In this document: piece after piece, positions 10,700 to 20,670 of the stretch
How positions within the stretch are numbered: position 1 is the stretch's first letter
Layout: every line of letters begins with the position of its first letter
From: a virus
Reading direction: 5' to 3' (one strand)
Length of the DNA stretch: 64,000 nucleotides
Virus genome (UHGV): UHGV-1350217
Made by a program: the position numbers and the translations under genes
The notes under the pieces: model-generated
Databases searched by the model: none
The model's input: only the letters and a program-made list of their open reading frames with translations
What the model was told of the DNA's origin: nothing

Positions 10700-11088
10700 T
10701 AGATTAATCCTTCATATTCACAATATTCTCTAAGATACTTAGGAGTTATAACTTCAGCAGGACTATCACCTTCTAAATCCTCTAGAATAGTATCTATTAA
10801 ATCCATCATATCTATTCTATGAAGTAGATATTCCATTCTCTCTGGCATTACTCTTTCTATAAGTTCTCTAAAAGCTGCTTGATTCCAAGCATCTTGTTCT
10901 AGATTAAAGTTCTCAATCTTACCTTCCATAGCATCTCTAGGGATATACAATACGTCGTTATCAGTATCAGCTATACCATAACTATAAGCTCCATAACCAT
11001 CTTTCTCTACGATAGTATTAACCTTCTCTTTGCCTTTATTTTCTACTATAGCTGAGGATAATCTCATATCTAGCTCTTTAAATGTCAT
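10699..11088 (-). CDS. Hypothetical acidic protein
   Basis: 129-aa ORF, D/E-rich C-terminal half. Confidence 0.45.
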   Translation of the reverse strand: MTFKELDMRLSSAIVENKGKEKVNTIVEKDGYGAYSYGIADTDNDVLYIPRDAMEGKIENFNLEQDAWNQAAFRELIERVMPERMEYLLHRIDMMDLIDTILEDLEGDSPAEVITPKYLREYCEYEGLI

Positions 11089-11588
11089 AGTTCCATATCT
11101 CCAAACTCTTTAATGAATACATTTAGGAATACTTGGTCTTTGGATATATCTCTGACTAATCTCTCAGGATATCTAAACCACCTATTAACTCTACTCATAT
11201 GAGCTTCTAAAGTACAATATTGAAGCTCTGGATATTTCTCATATAAATGTCTAATAGATTCAGTCTCAGTAGGATACTTAGAAGTAGCTATATAGTAATA
11301 CTTCTGTAAAGACATATAGAGCAATTCCATATAATCCATATAAGCTTTATATCTATCATAGTCTAGTAATAGAGTAAGCCTATTCTCACTAAGATTTACT
11401 CTCTTAAGCCATTGAAACCAAGGTTGAAGTTTCTTATGATATCTACTTATCCAGCATAGATAGTTAGAATCTAAGTCTCTCTTAGTCCAACTAGGATTAT
11501 CCTCTTTCATAGCATATCTTAGTCTTTTCCAATTATGCTCAGCTATAGTAGTTAATAACCATAGGTCTTTTAATCTATCTGAAATCAT
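11085..11588 (-). CDS. Paralogue family member 3 of 3 (about 168 aa)
   Basis: Shares W..W, NRWF and EFG motifs with the two upstream ORFs. Confidence 0.55.
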   Translation of the reverse strand: MISDRLKDLWLLTTIAEHNWKRLRYAMKEDNPSWTKRDLDSNYLCWISRYHKKLQPWFQWLKRVNLSENRLTLLLDYDRYKAYMDYMELLYMSLQKYYYIATSKYPTETESIRHLYEKYPELQYCTLEAHMSRVNRWFRYPERLVRDISKDQVFLNVFIKEFGDMEL

Positions 11589-12097
11589 ATCTCTCCAAAC
11601 TCAGCTATACAAGCTGTTAGAAATCTCTTTTCTCTATCAGGTCTTTTATAATTCTTAGGGATACCTAGAAACCATCTGTTAATTCTGCACATCCAAGCTC
11701 CAGCTTTTATAACTCTCATATCAGGATATTTAGATAATAGAGTATTAACTAAACTCCAGTCTGACTTATGAGTTTCTCTACCTTTATAGTAATACTCTTG
11801 ACATAGCTCATATAGCAATTCTACATATTCTCTATATAGCTCTACAGCTGTCTTATTAATATATAGCTTTATCTTAGAGTAACTATTAGAATCTACTTTT
11901 CTAATCCAATTAATATAGGGATAGTACTTATCTCTATATCTCACAGACCAAGTAGCGTAGAAAGCAGTAGATTCTTTTCTAGATAGACCATTAGGATATA
12001 AACTATGCATATATGTAGATACAGGTATCCAAGAGTTATCTAGTGGAGTATCTAGTAATTTTTCTAACTCCTTTAATCTAGCAATCTTTGAACTCAT
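11585..12097 (-). CDS. Paralogue family member 2 of 3 (about 170 aa)
   Basis: MSSKIARLKELEKLLD...SWIP...RINRWFLGIPKNY...EFGEI is clearly alignable with 12094-12600. Confidence 0.55.
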   Translation of the reverse strand: MSSKIARLKELEKLLDTPLDNSWIPVSTYMHSLYPNGLSRKESTAFYATWSVRYRDKYYPYINWIRKVDSNSYSKIKLYINKTAVELYREYVELLYELCQEYYYKGRETHKSDWSLVNTLLSKYPDMRVIKAGAWMCRINRWFLGIPKNYKRPDREKRFLTACIAEFGEI

Positions 12098-12600
12098 ATT
12101 ACTCCAAACTCCTCTATGCAGTATTTAATGAATAGAAGTTCTTTACTAGCGTCTCTATAAGTATTAGGCACTCCTAAAAACCATCTATTCATTCTAGCCA
12201 TCCAAGTTCTAGGTTCTAATAGACTCATCTCAGGATAAGCTCTTATCATATATGTAATAAACTTCCATTCTGAATCATATCTCTCTAGACCTTTGTAGTA
12301 ATAAGCTTGAGCTATCTCATAAACTAACTTGCAATATTCATAGAATCTATTGACTGCATTTTTATTAATAAGCAATACTCTTTTAGAGTCATTAGGATAT
12401 TCATACTTAAGCCAATTACTCCAAGGAGTTCTATTATGAAATAATCTCTGAGACCACATAGAGTAATGATTATCGACAGCTCTATGAGTTCTATACTCAG
12501 GATGAGTTAAATGTATATATTCTCTAATAGGAATCCAAGAGTCATCTATAACATCTAGTTTACTCTCTAATTCTCTTAGTTTAGTAATCAGTGAACTCAT
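12094..12600 (-). CDS. Paralogue family member 1 of 3 (about 168 aa)
   Basis: MSSLITKLRELESKLD...SWIP...RMNRWFLGVPNTY...EFGVI. The three copies are tandem with 4-nt ATGA overlaps. Confidence 0.55.
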   Translation of the reverse strand: MSSLITKLRELESKLDVIDDSWIPIREYIHLTHPEYRTHRAVDNHYSMWSQRLFHNRTPWSNWLKYEYPNDSKRVLLINKNAVNRFYEYCKLVYEIAQAYYYKGLERYDSEWKFITYMIRAYPEMSLLEPRTWMARMNRWFLGVPNTYRDASKELLFIKYCIEEFGVI

Positions 12601-13105
12601 ATTTACTATTATCTCCCTCTATAGAGTAATTAACTACAAATGAAGTGAGATATATCTCAAATCGTCTCTTGAAAGCTTTAATAATACCTCTAGGAACAGA
12701 ATTAGGAGTATTGAAGCTAATAATGGCATTATTATCCTCTCTAGTAATCTTAACATTACTAGCATTTAATTTACAACCCCAATTAGCTTCTCTCCAAGGT
12801 CTCCAAGTAGGATAACCATAAAGTTCTATATTTCTTAAGACTTTATCTCTATATTCTAAGAAGTTCTCTAAAGATAAGCCTCTTACTTGTAATATATCAG
12901 CCATCTCTTTTTCATCTCTATTCTCTCTATATTCTATAGCTTTCTGAGTCAAATCACCACTTAGAATATCTAGGCTATCAGGCATAGGAATGAGTTTATT
13001 AAAATCAAAGTTTGAATCACAAGATTTAATAGAATCTAAGATAGTATCAAGATTATTAGAGCTTTTAGCAGTAACTATTAATGTATTTGATACTTCTACT
13101 GACAT
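12581..13105 (-). CDS. Hypothetical protein
   Basis: 174-aa ORF. Confidence 0.45.
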   Translation of the reverse strand: MSVEVSNTLIVTAKSSNNLDTILDSIKSCDSNFDFNKLIPMPDSLDILSGDLTQKAIEYRENRDEKEMADILQVRGLSLENFLEYRDKVLRNIELYGYPTWRPWREANWGCKLNASNVKITREDNNAIISFNTPNSVPRGIIKAFKRRFEIYLTSFVVNYSIEGDNSKYEFTDY

Positions 13106-13419
13106 TAATATCCCCTATTATAGTTATAGAACTGTTGATTTCTCATCTGCTGTTCTTGAAGCATTCTTTGATACTCCATTTGCTGTCTTTGCAATTCCAT
13201 CTGCTGTTGCATTTGCTGTTGTTGTCTTTGCATATCAGCTTGCATTCTAAGTTGGTCTGCTTGATTTTGTAGTTGTTGATATGTCATATTATGCTTGTTA
13301 TGTAAGTTTTGCCAAAACATCTGACTTTCTAACTCTTTCTGTTGGCAAGCATAATCACTACTAGCACAAGAAGCAAATAGACTACTAGCTACTAAAGCTA
13401 TTAAGATTAATCCTTTCAT
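13105..13419 (-). CDS. Gln/Met/Arg-rich lipoprotein (signal peptide plus lipobox LFASC)
   Basis: MKGLILIALVASSLFASC signal/lipobox, then low-complexity QQQMQQQMELQRQQMEYQR. Confidence 0.5.
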   Translation of the reverse strand: MKGLILIALVASSLFASCASSDYACQQKELESQMFWQNLHNKHNMTYQQLQNQADQLRMQADMQRQQQQMQQQMELQRQQMEYQRMLQEQQMRNQQFYNYNRGY

Positions 13420-13421
13420 TT

Positions 13422-13811
13422 TTATCTCCTTTTATTACATTTAATACCAGCTTTTCTAAGCAACTTAACTCCATCTTTATCTAGATTGAGTAACTCTTTA
13501 TACCATACTTCTTTTACTGTTCCAGATTGAATAATTGCACTAGCACAATTAACACAAGGAGCATAAGAGCAATAAAGTATAATCTCATCACTACCTCTAT
13601 AATTAATCAAGCAATTAACTTCTGCGTGAATTACTGTAGGTAGAGTCCTTTTATTCTCATCTCTAGTAGGCATATTTAATGCACTATCATTAAATCCTAC
13701 AGATACTAGTTTATTATTACTAACCGCTATACAAGCTACAGGTCTAGTATCTCTACTATATTCCTCAGCATTTTTAACTAATTGCCATATAAATGAACTA
13801 ATATTCATCAT
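13422..13811 (-). CDS. dCMP/cytidine deaminase-family zinc enzyme
   Basis: HAEVNCL and YCSYAPCVNCASAI zinc-binding motifs (H-A-E ... P-C-x-x-C). Confidence 0.7.
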   Translation of the reverse strand: MMNISSFIWQLVKNAEEYSRDTRPVACIAVSNNKLVSVGFNDSALNMPTRDENKRTLPTVIHAEVNCLINYRGSDEIILYCSYAPCVNCASAIIQSGTVKEVWYKELLNLDKDGVKLLRKAGIKCNKRR

Positions 13812-14368
13812 AACTCCTTTGGGAAAGATTCCATAGCTTTACGATAAGGGTCAGTAACACTAGCTAGTAATCTATTAGCTGTAGATAACCAACCGATAGA
13901 GAAATAAATACCATCTATAGTTCCGCTAGTTATAGAAGCTGCTAAATGTGTTTCTATACGTACATCAAACAGATATTCTCGCCTATCTAGTTTATCGTCA
14001 TATAAAGGATAGGACAAGCAATACCCGAATAAGTGCTGTTCTATCTTAGAATACAATTCTTTAAGCAATAAAGCTTTAGAGACGCTATAAGCACTCTTAG
14101 TAAGCATATCTAAATCAATATAATCAGAATAATCTGGTGGATATAATTCAGGTAATCTAATAGTTCTATCAGGATTACAGATAACATCATAGACATAACC
14201 TTTAAATAACTTCATACGTCTAGGAGTCATCTTTGCTTGTATTTCATCTGGTATTTTACTTTCAATGGAGCTTCCATTTATACATACACTTAAAGTATCT
14301 TTTGATAGTTCTACCAAACAATCTGAAGTAACTAATAATAATCTATTATCGGTTCTAAACTTTAACAT
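13808..14368 (-). CDS. Hypothetical protein
   Basis: 186-aa ORF. Confidence 0.45.
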   Translation of the reverse strand: MLKFRTDNRLLLVTSDCLVELSKDTLSVCINGSSIESKIPDEIQAKMTPRRMKLFKGYVYDVICNPDRTIRLPELYPPDYSDYIDLDMLTKSAYSVSKALLLKELYSKIEQHLFGYCLSYPLYDDKLDRREYLFDVRIETHLAASITSGTIDGIYFSIGWLSTANRLLASVTDPYRKAMESFPKEL

Positions 14369-14378
14369 CTATATACTC

Positions 14379-14984
14379 CTAGTAACCATATTTTGCATTT
14401 TCTTTAATCTTTTCAGCTTGACTAATAACATAGTCTAACAGCTTAGTATCCTCTAGTCCTGACATATCATATATAGATTTATCTATACAGTAAACTAGCT
14501 TTAGACCTTTATAATCTACATCTCCTATGAATACTGTATTCTCTTTGTAATAGTCTACAGAGACATCTGTTATAACAGAGCAAAGGATAATATTATCCTT
14601 AAATATCTGCTTAAAACCTCCATATTTATAGCTATTAGCAAAGCAGCCATAAGAAGTAAATAAATCTATACAAGCTTGTTTTAGAAGCTCTAAGAACTTT
14701 TCTGATAGTAACCTATTTATAACAGCAGTAGGATTCATAGCTATATAGTCTAAATCTAATATTCCCTTATCTGTAGAGTTTTTATAGATAAATTGCTGTT
14801 GAACATACTTATTAAGCATACTTTCAAATGGCTGATATATCTTATCTAGAGGTTTAGTAAATGCTAATTCTATTAGAGAATTGTCTAGTAAAGCAATACT
14901 TACAGCTACATCAGATGCTTTAACACTTCTTATACACTTATACTTGATATAAATATCATTAATTTTGACAAACTTACATTTCAT
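14379..14984 (-). CDS. Hypothetical protein
   Basis: 201-aa ORF. Confidence 0.45.
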   Translation of the reverse strand: MKCKFVKINDIYIKYKCIRSVKASDVAVSIALLDNSLIELAFTKPLDKIYQPFESMLNKYVQQQFIYKNSTDKGILDLDYIAMNPTAVINRLLSEKFLELLKQACIDLFTSYGCFANSYKYGGFKQIFKDNIILCSVITDVSVDYYKENTVFIGDVDYKGLKLVYCIDKSIYDMSGLEDTKLLDYVISQAEKIKENAKYGY

Positions 14985-15525
14985 TTCTACATTCCTTATA
15001 ATTTGCTTTATACCAGTTAGCTACTGCTTCTGGTGATTTATCTTTAACCCATTTCTTTCTAGACTCATCCCATTTACCTACTCTAGAGTTAATTTCTTTA
15101 ATAGTCTCAATCATACATTTAAACCAGTTAAATCCTAGATAATAGATATTAGAGAAAAGATATTCAATGAAGTTTACTAATAGTTCATTAGATATATCAG
15201 GATGTTTCTTTAAATCCTCACTTAGACCTAAAATAGTAACTTCTAGAGCTGTAGCATTTCCTAAATACTCTCTAGATTGATTTGCTATGTTTATAGCTAT
15301 TTCATAATCATCGTCTAGAACATTAAAAGCAAAGACTGCCATATCACAATAAGCATCTATTTTTTCATAGTCATCTTTAGCTTCTTTAAGTTCATTGACT
15401 TCCTCTAATAGATTATTTATTAGACCACTAAATTGATTTTCTCTAGTTAGATGTCTCTCTTTTCTCCATTCTTTTAGAGCTTTGCGAACAACTGCTATTG
15501 ATACTAATTCATTTTTATGTGCCAC
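14974..15525 (-). CDS. Possible MazG-like all-alpha nucleotide pyrophosphohydrolase
   Basis: LLEEVNELKEAKDDYEKIDAYCDMAVFAFNVL resembles the MazG EExxE...D metal-binding helix. Weak. Confidence 0.35.
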   Translation of the reverse strand: MAHKNELVSIAVVRKALKEWRKERHLTRENQFSGLINNLLEEVNELKEAKDDYEKIDAYCDMAVFAFNVLDDDYEIAINIANQSREYLGNATALEVTILGLSEDLKKHPDISNELLVNFIEYLFSNIYYLGFNWFKCMIETIKEINSRVGKWDESRKKWVKDKSPEAVANWYKANYKECRNEM

Positions 15526-15868
15526 TAGTCTTTACTCCTTTCTTTAATCCTCTAGGTCTTTTAGTCTTAGTAAGTTTCTCTACTCTAAGGTCAAACTTTA
15601 CTCTGTCAAATCTATAGCGATAGAATGAAGTTAAGATTCTTACGAAGTTTCTTATTAAAGTTCCTCGTCTAGTAGGAGATACTTTATTTCTGACTCTTAA
15701 AGCTAGCATAGACTCCTCTATCTGTTCTCTAGTAAACCCTGTCTTATAGCATTTCTCATATTTCAATAAATACCATTCCATAGTGTTACTACACATAAAG
15801 GAATGCAATGCTCTAGTAGGATTAGCATCTGAATAGAAACTAGCTTTAATTTCTTTCATATGACCCAT
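15515..15868 (-). CDS. Hypothetical basic protein
   Basis: 117-aa ORF with a K/R-rich C-terminus. Confidence 0.4.
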   Translation of the reverse strand: MGHMKEIKASFYSDANPTRALHSFMCSNTMEWYLLKYEKCYKTGFTREQIEESMLALRVRNKVSPTRRGTLIRNFVRILTSFYRYRFDRVKFDLRVEKLTKTKRPRGLKKGVKTSGT

Positions 15869-15869
15869 A

Positions 15870-16250
15870 CTATAACCCTTCCGTTAGATATTTCATATTG
15901 CAATAACCTAATTTATCTAGCCATATTAGACAATAGCTAATAAACTCCTCTAAGAGTTCATCACTAGCCTCTAGCTTTAAATCAGGAGAATATCCAGCCA
16001 TTTTCATAATATAGCTGTTTATTCTATAGCAGCATCTGATATTATTCATATGCCTATAGATTTTAAGCTCTTTATTTACTGATACATATTGGATAACAGA
16101 CTGAAGCATACCTTTTAAAGCTTCAGAAGTACATTCTGGCTTTTCTAACATATAAGCTAAGGTCTGAAGTAAATAAGCTATTAGATTATGTTCTAATGGA
16201 TAATCTTTTAGTTTAAGTCTTAACTCTACTAATTCATTCTCTGTAATCAT
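15870..16250 (-). CDS. Hypothetical protein
   Basis: 126-aa ORF. Confidence 0.4.
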   Translation of the reverse strand: MITENELVELRLKLKDYPLEHNLIAYLLQTLAYMLEKPECTSEALKGMLQSVIQYVSVNKELKIYRHMNNIRCCYRINSYIMKMAGYSPDLKLEASDELLEEFISYCLIWLDKLGYCNMKYLTEGL

Positions 16251-16251
16251 C

Positions 16252-16737
16252 TCACACCTTTAAATTAACATCTCTAGCATATGTAAGAATAGCTAGACTA
16301 TCACTTATACCATCTAGTAAAGCACCTCTTTCAGAATAGAAATTAACATAGGGATACTTCTCTTGCATTTTCTCGCATATCTTAGCTTTACGTATCTTTC
16401 TATCTTTCTCATTAATCTCAAAGTGTTTTTGCCATAATCTAGGGTTTACAAAAGCAAAAGGAATACAATTAGCCATTAGCATTCCTTGAATTATGCCAAA
16501 GTTAGTACCAAAAGAAAATACACTCTTTACACCTTGTCTAGGCATAGAGTGAACATTTTCTATATAGGCTTTAACTATTAAGTCTGGAGATTCTGATAAG
16601 TCATAGAGTATTTTAGCATAAGTGTCTGTATTGTAAGCATAAGCTTGAGCAGGTTTATCATCAATCTGCATAGCCATAGCACCTTTAAACCCTGGGTCAA
16701 AAGCTAAGTAAGCTCTTGACTTTTTATGTTCTACCAT
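16252..16737 (-). CDS. RuvC-like Holliday junction resolvase
   Basis: N-terminal AFDPGFKGAMAM (the GIDPG-type catalytic Asp strand) and C-terminal VNPRLWQKHF resemble the RuvC/YqgF family. Confidence 0.5.
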   Translation of the reverse strand: MVEHKKSRAYLAFDPGFKGAMAMQIDDKPAQAYAYNTDTYAKILYDLSESPDLIVKAYIENVHSMPRQGVKSVFSFGTNFGIIQGMLMANCIPFAFVNPRLWQKHFEINEKDRKIRKAKICEKMQEKYPYVNFYSERGALLDGISDSLAILTYARDVNLKV

Positions 16738-16785
16738 TTTAACTCCTCATATTGAAATTAAAACAGCTTTATAACAGAAATTAAC

Positions 16786-17022
16786 TTAATGTTTTATATC
16801 GCTACATTGTGAGCAATCTTGACAAGCTATTAAGTCTTTTAATAATCTAACAGCTTCCTCTGCTGAATTAATAGGGAAAGTCAAGACTTCTGTATTATGA
16901 CAAGTAGTACATTCAGCTACTACTAGTAATACAGCAGTATGAGTAGAACGCTTCTCTACATACTTCTCATATACAGGTAAGTCTAGACTATCTCTCATAG
17001 TAGTCATAGATAATATTTTCAT
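16786..17022 (-). CDS. Small Cys-rich (zinc-ribbon-like) protein
   Basis: CTTCHNT ... CQDCSQC cysteine pairs in 78 aa. Confidence 0.35.
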   Translation of the reverse strand: MKILSMTTMRDSLDLPVYEKYVEKRSTHTAVLLVVAECTTCHNTEVLTFPINSAEEAVRLLKDLIACQDCSQCSDIKH

Positions 17023-17360
17023 TGCTTTATCACCATAATTTTACATCCGTCTAGATGAATATAGTAATGTGTAGATTCCTCTGTTATATAAAAACAGCTG
17101 CTAGTACACCATAAATCATCGTAGTTAAACGTTAAAGCCTTAGAGGTATCTTTATATACTCTAAGGCTTCTCGTCTCTCCTAAGCTATCCCAAGAGCATA
17201 CAAGATACTTTTTAGACCTAGATAATTTCTCTAGTCTAACTTTTACTCTAGGGATAGCTTTTAACTTTTTACCTATATACTCTAATGTCATAGATTCATT
17301 ACCACTATATAAGCTGCAAAGAATGCTATTAACACTAAAATTACTTGAGTTACTTCCCAT
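17019..17360 (-). CDS. Hypothetical protein
   Basis: 113-aa ORF. Confidence 0.4.
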   Translation of the reverse strand: MGSNSSNFSVNSILCSLYSGNESMTLEYIGKKLKAIPRVKVRLEKLSRSKKYLVCSWDSLGETRSLRVYKDTSKALTFNYDDLWCTSSCFYITEESTHYYIHLDGCKIMVIKQ

Positions 17361-17364
17361 TTAG

Positions 17365-17721
17365 TCATATTATAAATCCTGGAACTGAAACTATATTGCC
17401 ATTAGTATCTTTAATGGCTTTAGAAGTAAAAGGACATAAAGTCTTAACTTTTAATTTATTAGCCTTACAATACTGCTGTACTATACTAGATACTATATAG
17501 TAAGCATTATCTTTAGTATTTATAGGCAAACCTTCTAACTCTCCAAACTCTTGAATAAACAGTCCTTGACCTATCTCTCTAATAGTAGATTTAACTCTAG
17601 CTACTTTACCACTAGGTTTAAATGTCCATCTATAACCTACTCGATTATTTTTACCAGGTACATCTACTACTACAGGATGAGGTGTTAGATTAACTATCTT
17701 AAATGCTGCTAAGCTTTGCAT
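17365..17721 (-). CDS. Hypothetical protein
   Basis: 118-aa ORF. Confidence 0.4.
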   Translation of the reverse strand: MQSLAAFKIVNLTPHPVVVDVPGKNNRVGYRWTFKPSGKVARVKSTIREIGQGLFIQEFGELEGLPINTKDNAYYIVSSIVQQYCKANKLKVKTLCPFTSKAIKDTNGNIVSVPGFII

Positions 17722-18296
17722 TCAATTTCCTTATAGATAGCATCTTGTTTTATAAACTCCTCATCTAGTTTACCTAATAGTTCCATAGCTTTAGAAGTAG
17801 AATAGATATCAGGGTCATAAGTAACTGTATATTTTATATTTTGATGTAATACAGCTTCTATATATTCCATATGTTTTTCATTAACTCCGTGCATATCATC
17901 ATAAGGAGTATACATATCTACATTAATAAAAGTCTGCATTCCATAAGGATTAAACTCTATAGATACTCTAGAATACTTATTAAATAAAGTATTCTGTAGA
18001 GTAGCTATATAGTAACAGATATTCTTAAGATACTGCTTAATCACACATTCCAAGATGGCTATTCTCTGCTTACCTAGCAGATTAAGTTGTATAGGATAAA
18101 GTACTTTAACATAATCATAAAGACATTGCTCTTTATTATTCTCAGCCTCTATCTCTCTAGTATTTAATGCTAGTTTTTTACAGATTAATCCATCATTATA
18201 ATCTAACAGAATGTTACTTGTAGTAGATAATATCTTTAGATTAAACTGACCAAATAAGTCTTTTCTGAATAAACCAGTTCTTTCTCTTAAATACAT
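17709..18296 (-). CDS. Hypothetical protein
   Basis: 195-aa ORF. Confidence 0.45.
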   Translation of the reverse strand: MYLRERTGLFRKDLFGQFNLKILSTTSNILLDYNDGLICKKLALNTREIEAENNKEQCLYDYVKVLYPIQLNLLGKQRIAILECVIKQYLKNICYYIATLQNTLFNKYSRVSIEFNPYGMQTFINVDMYTPYDDMHGVNEKHMEYIEAVLHQNIKYTVTYDPDIYSTSKAMELLGKLDEEFIKQDAIYKEIECKA

Positions 18297-18817
18297 TAAT
18301 CCTCCTTTACAACTTCACTTAATTTAGACAATACCTCTATGATAGTCTTTATAGGATTTTCCATATCTCTATGATAGAAAGTATAATCAAACATACTCTG
18401 TGTAATATTAATAGTAGAAATACTAATAGTATTCCATTTCTCTTTATGTTCAATGAGTATTTTAACTTTCATATCATCAAAATCACACTTTAAATTAATA
18501 TAGTATTTATAATCTAAGGCTTTACTTATCTGCTCTCGCAGATTTAAGAGAAACTTCTTAAGAGTTAAAAGGAACTCTTGAATTAAATCGCAGATATCAC
18601 TAAATTGCTTATCAGGATATATAAATAATACTTTATTAAAAAAATCAGCAGTGAATGCCTTATCGTCTGGATGTTTATAATTGTAGACTCCTATTTTCCC
18701 ATATAATCTATTATCATCAACAATAGTATATACAAAAGAAGCAGTTTTTAAACCCAAATCTCGATTTAATTTACGTAATTCAGTATTATACTTATGAAAT
18801 AGTTCTCGTAAATCCAT
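18296..18817 (-). CDS. Hypothetical protein (paralogue of 18828-19379)
   Basis: Shared segment NKVLFIYPDKQFSDICDLIQEFL versus NVLFGYPHKTDKFNELSNIVSKYL. Confidence 0.45.
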   Translation of the reverse strand: MDLRELFHKYNTELRKLNRDLGLKTASFVYTIVDDNRLYGKIGVYNYKHPDDKAFTADFFNKVLFIYPDKQFSDICDLIQEFLLTLKKFLLNLREQISKALDYKYYINLKCDFDDMKVKILIEHKEKWNTISISTINITQSMFDYTFYHRDMENPIKTIIEVLSKLSEVVKED

Positions 18818-18827
18818 ATATAATCCT

Positions 18828-19379
18828 TTAACTCTTAATTACTCTATCTACTACAGGTTTAATATTAGATAATAGTAATATTATGATACTTTCAGTATTT
18901 ACATTGCTATCACAATTAATTATATAATCTACACCACTATTAGTATTTATTCTAATAGTATTACCTAAATCTTTAACACTCTCATCAGTTAGGTTTATAA
19001 AAACTGATTGAGTATCAAAAGAGTAATATACTCTAGGTATATAAGATGTCTCTCTTAATACTGAACTTAATTCTTGACGTAGATAAGTTAACTCATCTTT
19101 TACATTTTCTAGATACTTACTAACTATATTAGATAGCTCATTAAACTTATCTGTTTTATGAGGATATCCAAATAATACATTATCATAGAAATTATTCACT
19201 GTATCTGTACCATTTGCTAATAATGGCTTAAATAAAAATAACATACCTCTTACAGCTTCTAACTTATCATCTAAAGCTAAATAAGATACAGTATTATCTA
19301 CTCTCAATTTATCTAGTTTATAGATATCCTCTTTAAACTTCTCTGTTAATTGTATTATATTCATTAATGTGTCTCCCAT
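18828..19379 (-). CDS. Hypothetical protein (paralogue of 18296-18817)
   Basis: See the partner ORF; similar length (183 vs 173 aa). Confidence 0.45.
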   Translation of the reverse strand: MGDTLMNIIQLTEKFKEDIYKLDKLRVDNTVSYLALDDKLEAVRGMLFLFKPLLANGTDTVNNFYDNVLFGYPHKTDKFNELSNIVSKYLENVKDELTYLRQELSSVLRETSYIPRVYYSFDTQSVFINLTDESVKDLGNTIRINTNSGVDYIINCDSNVNTESIIILLLSNIKPVVDRVIKS

Positions 19380-20416
19380 TGATTTTTACCAAACTTAGGT
19401 TCTCCGTGAACAGGGTATTTTAGACCTAATTCATAGCTAGTATCTATAAAACTCTGTTCTAATATTGAACCAAACTCCTCTTTAATTTCAGGTCTAATCT
19501 CGAAACTAATAGCATCGTGAACATTTAATATATAAGCAAAGTCTTTATCATACTTATACTTACTTCTTAAGATATTGTCTATATGAACTAATAAATACTT
19601 CATATAAATAGCTCCAGCAGATTGTAATAGTAGATTTAAAGCACTATGAGGACTTCTACAATAAAGCTTCCTACTATCTAAACCATAGAGATTATCTGCC
19701 ATAGCTTTAGCGGTAGAATCCTCTACTAGGTCATTATAACCTTTAGTACCACTTTTAAATCTACTAGTAAGTTTAGTAGCATAGATAGTAGCTTTAATTA
19801 ATTCGTCATCTACTGGAGCATATTGAGTTTTATTAACTGGATAGTAAAGCTTTCCATTAATCTCTTTACTTCTAGAGGATATACTATCAGATGCTATAGC
19901 ATATTCATCACTAGTATAATCAAACTCTTGACCTTTATAAAGCATATGACCTAGCTTAGTCATACCTGCACCATATAAAGTGGCATAAATAAAGATTTTA
20001 GCAGCATCTCTAGTATCTAATCCAGCTATTCTTTGATTTACAGTATGAACGTCAGTACCCTTAGACTTATCTCCGTGTTCTACAACTTTAGCATAGTAAT
20101 AATTGTCGTATTTACTGAGATAATGACCTAACATCACTAACTCTAAAGCCGAAGCATCTACATCCACAAAAACTCTACCTTCAGGAACACATATTAATTC
20201 TCTCATAAACTGGTCTTTACTAAGTTGTGTCATATTAGGGGAATTGTGTGTCATCCTTCCAGTATTCGCTCCGAGACTATCTACTTTACCGTGTATTCTA
20301 TGAGTATTGGGATTATAACAATTCATAAAACTACCAGCTCCAGTACATAGCATACTAAGGTCTTTATTAGTCTTTAGATAGTCTTTTAATAAACTCTTAG
20401 CTTCGTTTAATTCCAT
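19364..20416 (-). CDS. Family A DNA polymerase, C-terminal half (fingers/palm with motifs A, B, C)
   Basis: Motif A DVDASALELVMLGHY. Motif B RDAAKIFIYATLYGAG. Motif C VHDAISFE. The N-terminus MELNEAKSLLKDYL aligns with T7 gp5 QAAIDLIKEYL. Own GGAG Shine-Dalgarno and ATG at 20416. Confidence 0.85.
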   Translation of the reverse strand: MELNEAKSLLKDYLKTNKDLSMLCTGAGSFMNCYNPNTHRIHGKVDSLGANTGRMTHNSPNMTQLSKDQFMRELICVPEGRVFVDVDASALELVMLGHYLSKYDNYYYAKVVEHGDKSKGTDVHTVNQRIAGLDTRDAAKIFIYATLYGAGMTKLGHMLYKGQEFDYTSDEYAIASDSISSRSKEINGKLYYPVNKTQYAPVDDELIKATIYATKLTSRFKSGTKGYNDLVEDSTAKAMADNLYGLDSRKLYCRSPHSALNLLLQSAGAIYMKYLLVHIDNILRSKYKYDKDFAYILNVHDAISFEIRPEIKEEFGSILEQSFIDTSYELGLKYPVHGEPKFGKNQWETH

Positions 20417-20670
20417 ACCATACTCCTAGTAGCAAGCATTGTCCTAGTAGAAATCCTAATAGATATATGATGTTTTTAAGCCAAATAACACGTTTCTCAA
20501 GCTCTTGAATATAAAGGTTAGTACTTATACTAGTACTAATATTATTATCGCTTAGAGTGCATTCTTTTGCATTTAAAAGGCTATATATCATTCGTTGTAA
20601 ATCTACTTGTTCTTTCTGCATAGTTTCTATACTTAACATCCTAGTTCTAATTAACGTCAAATCAGAGGAT

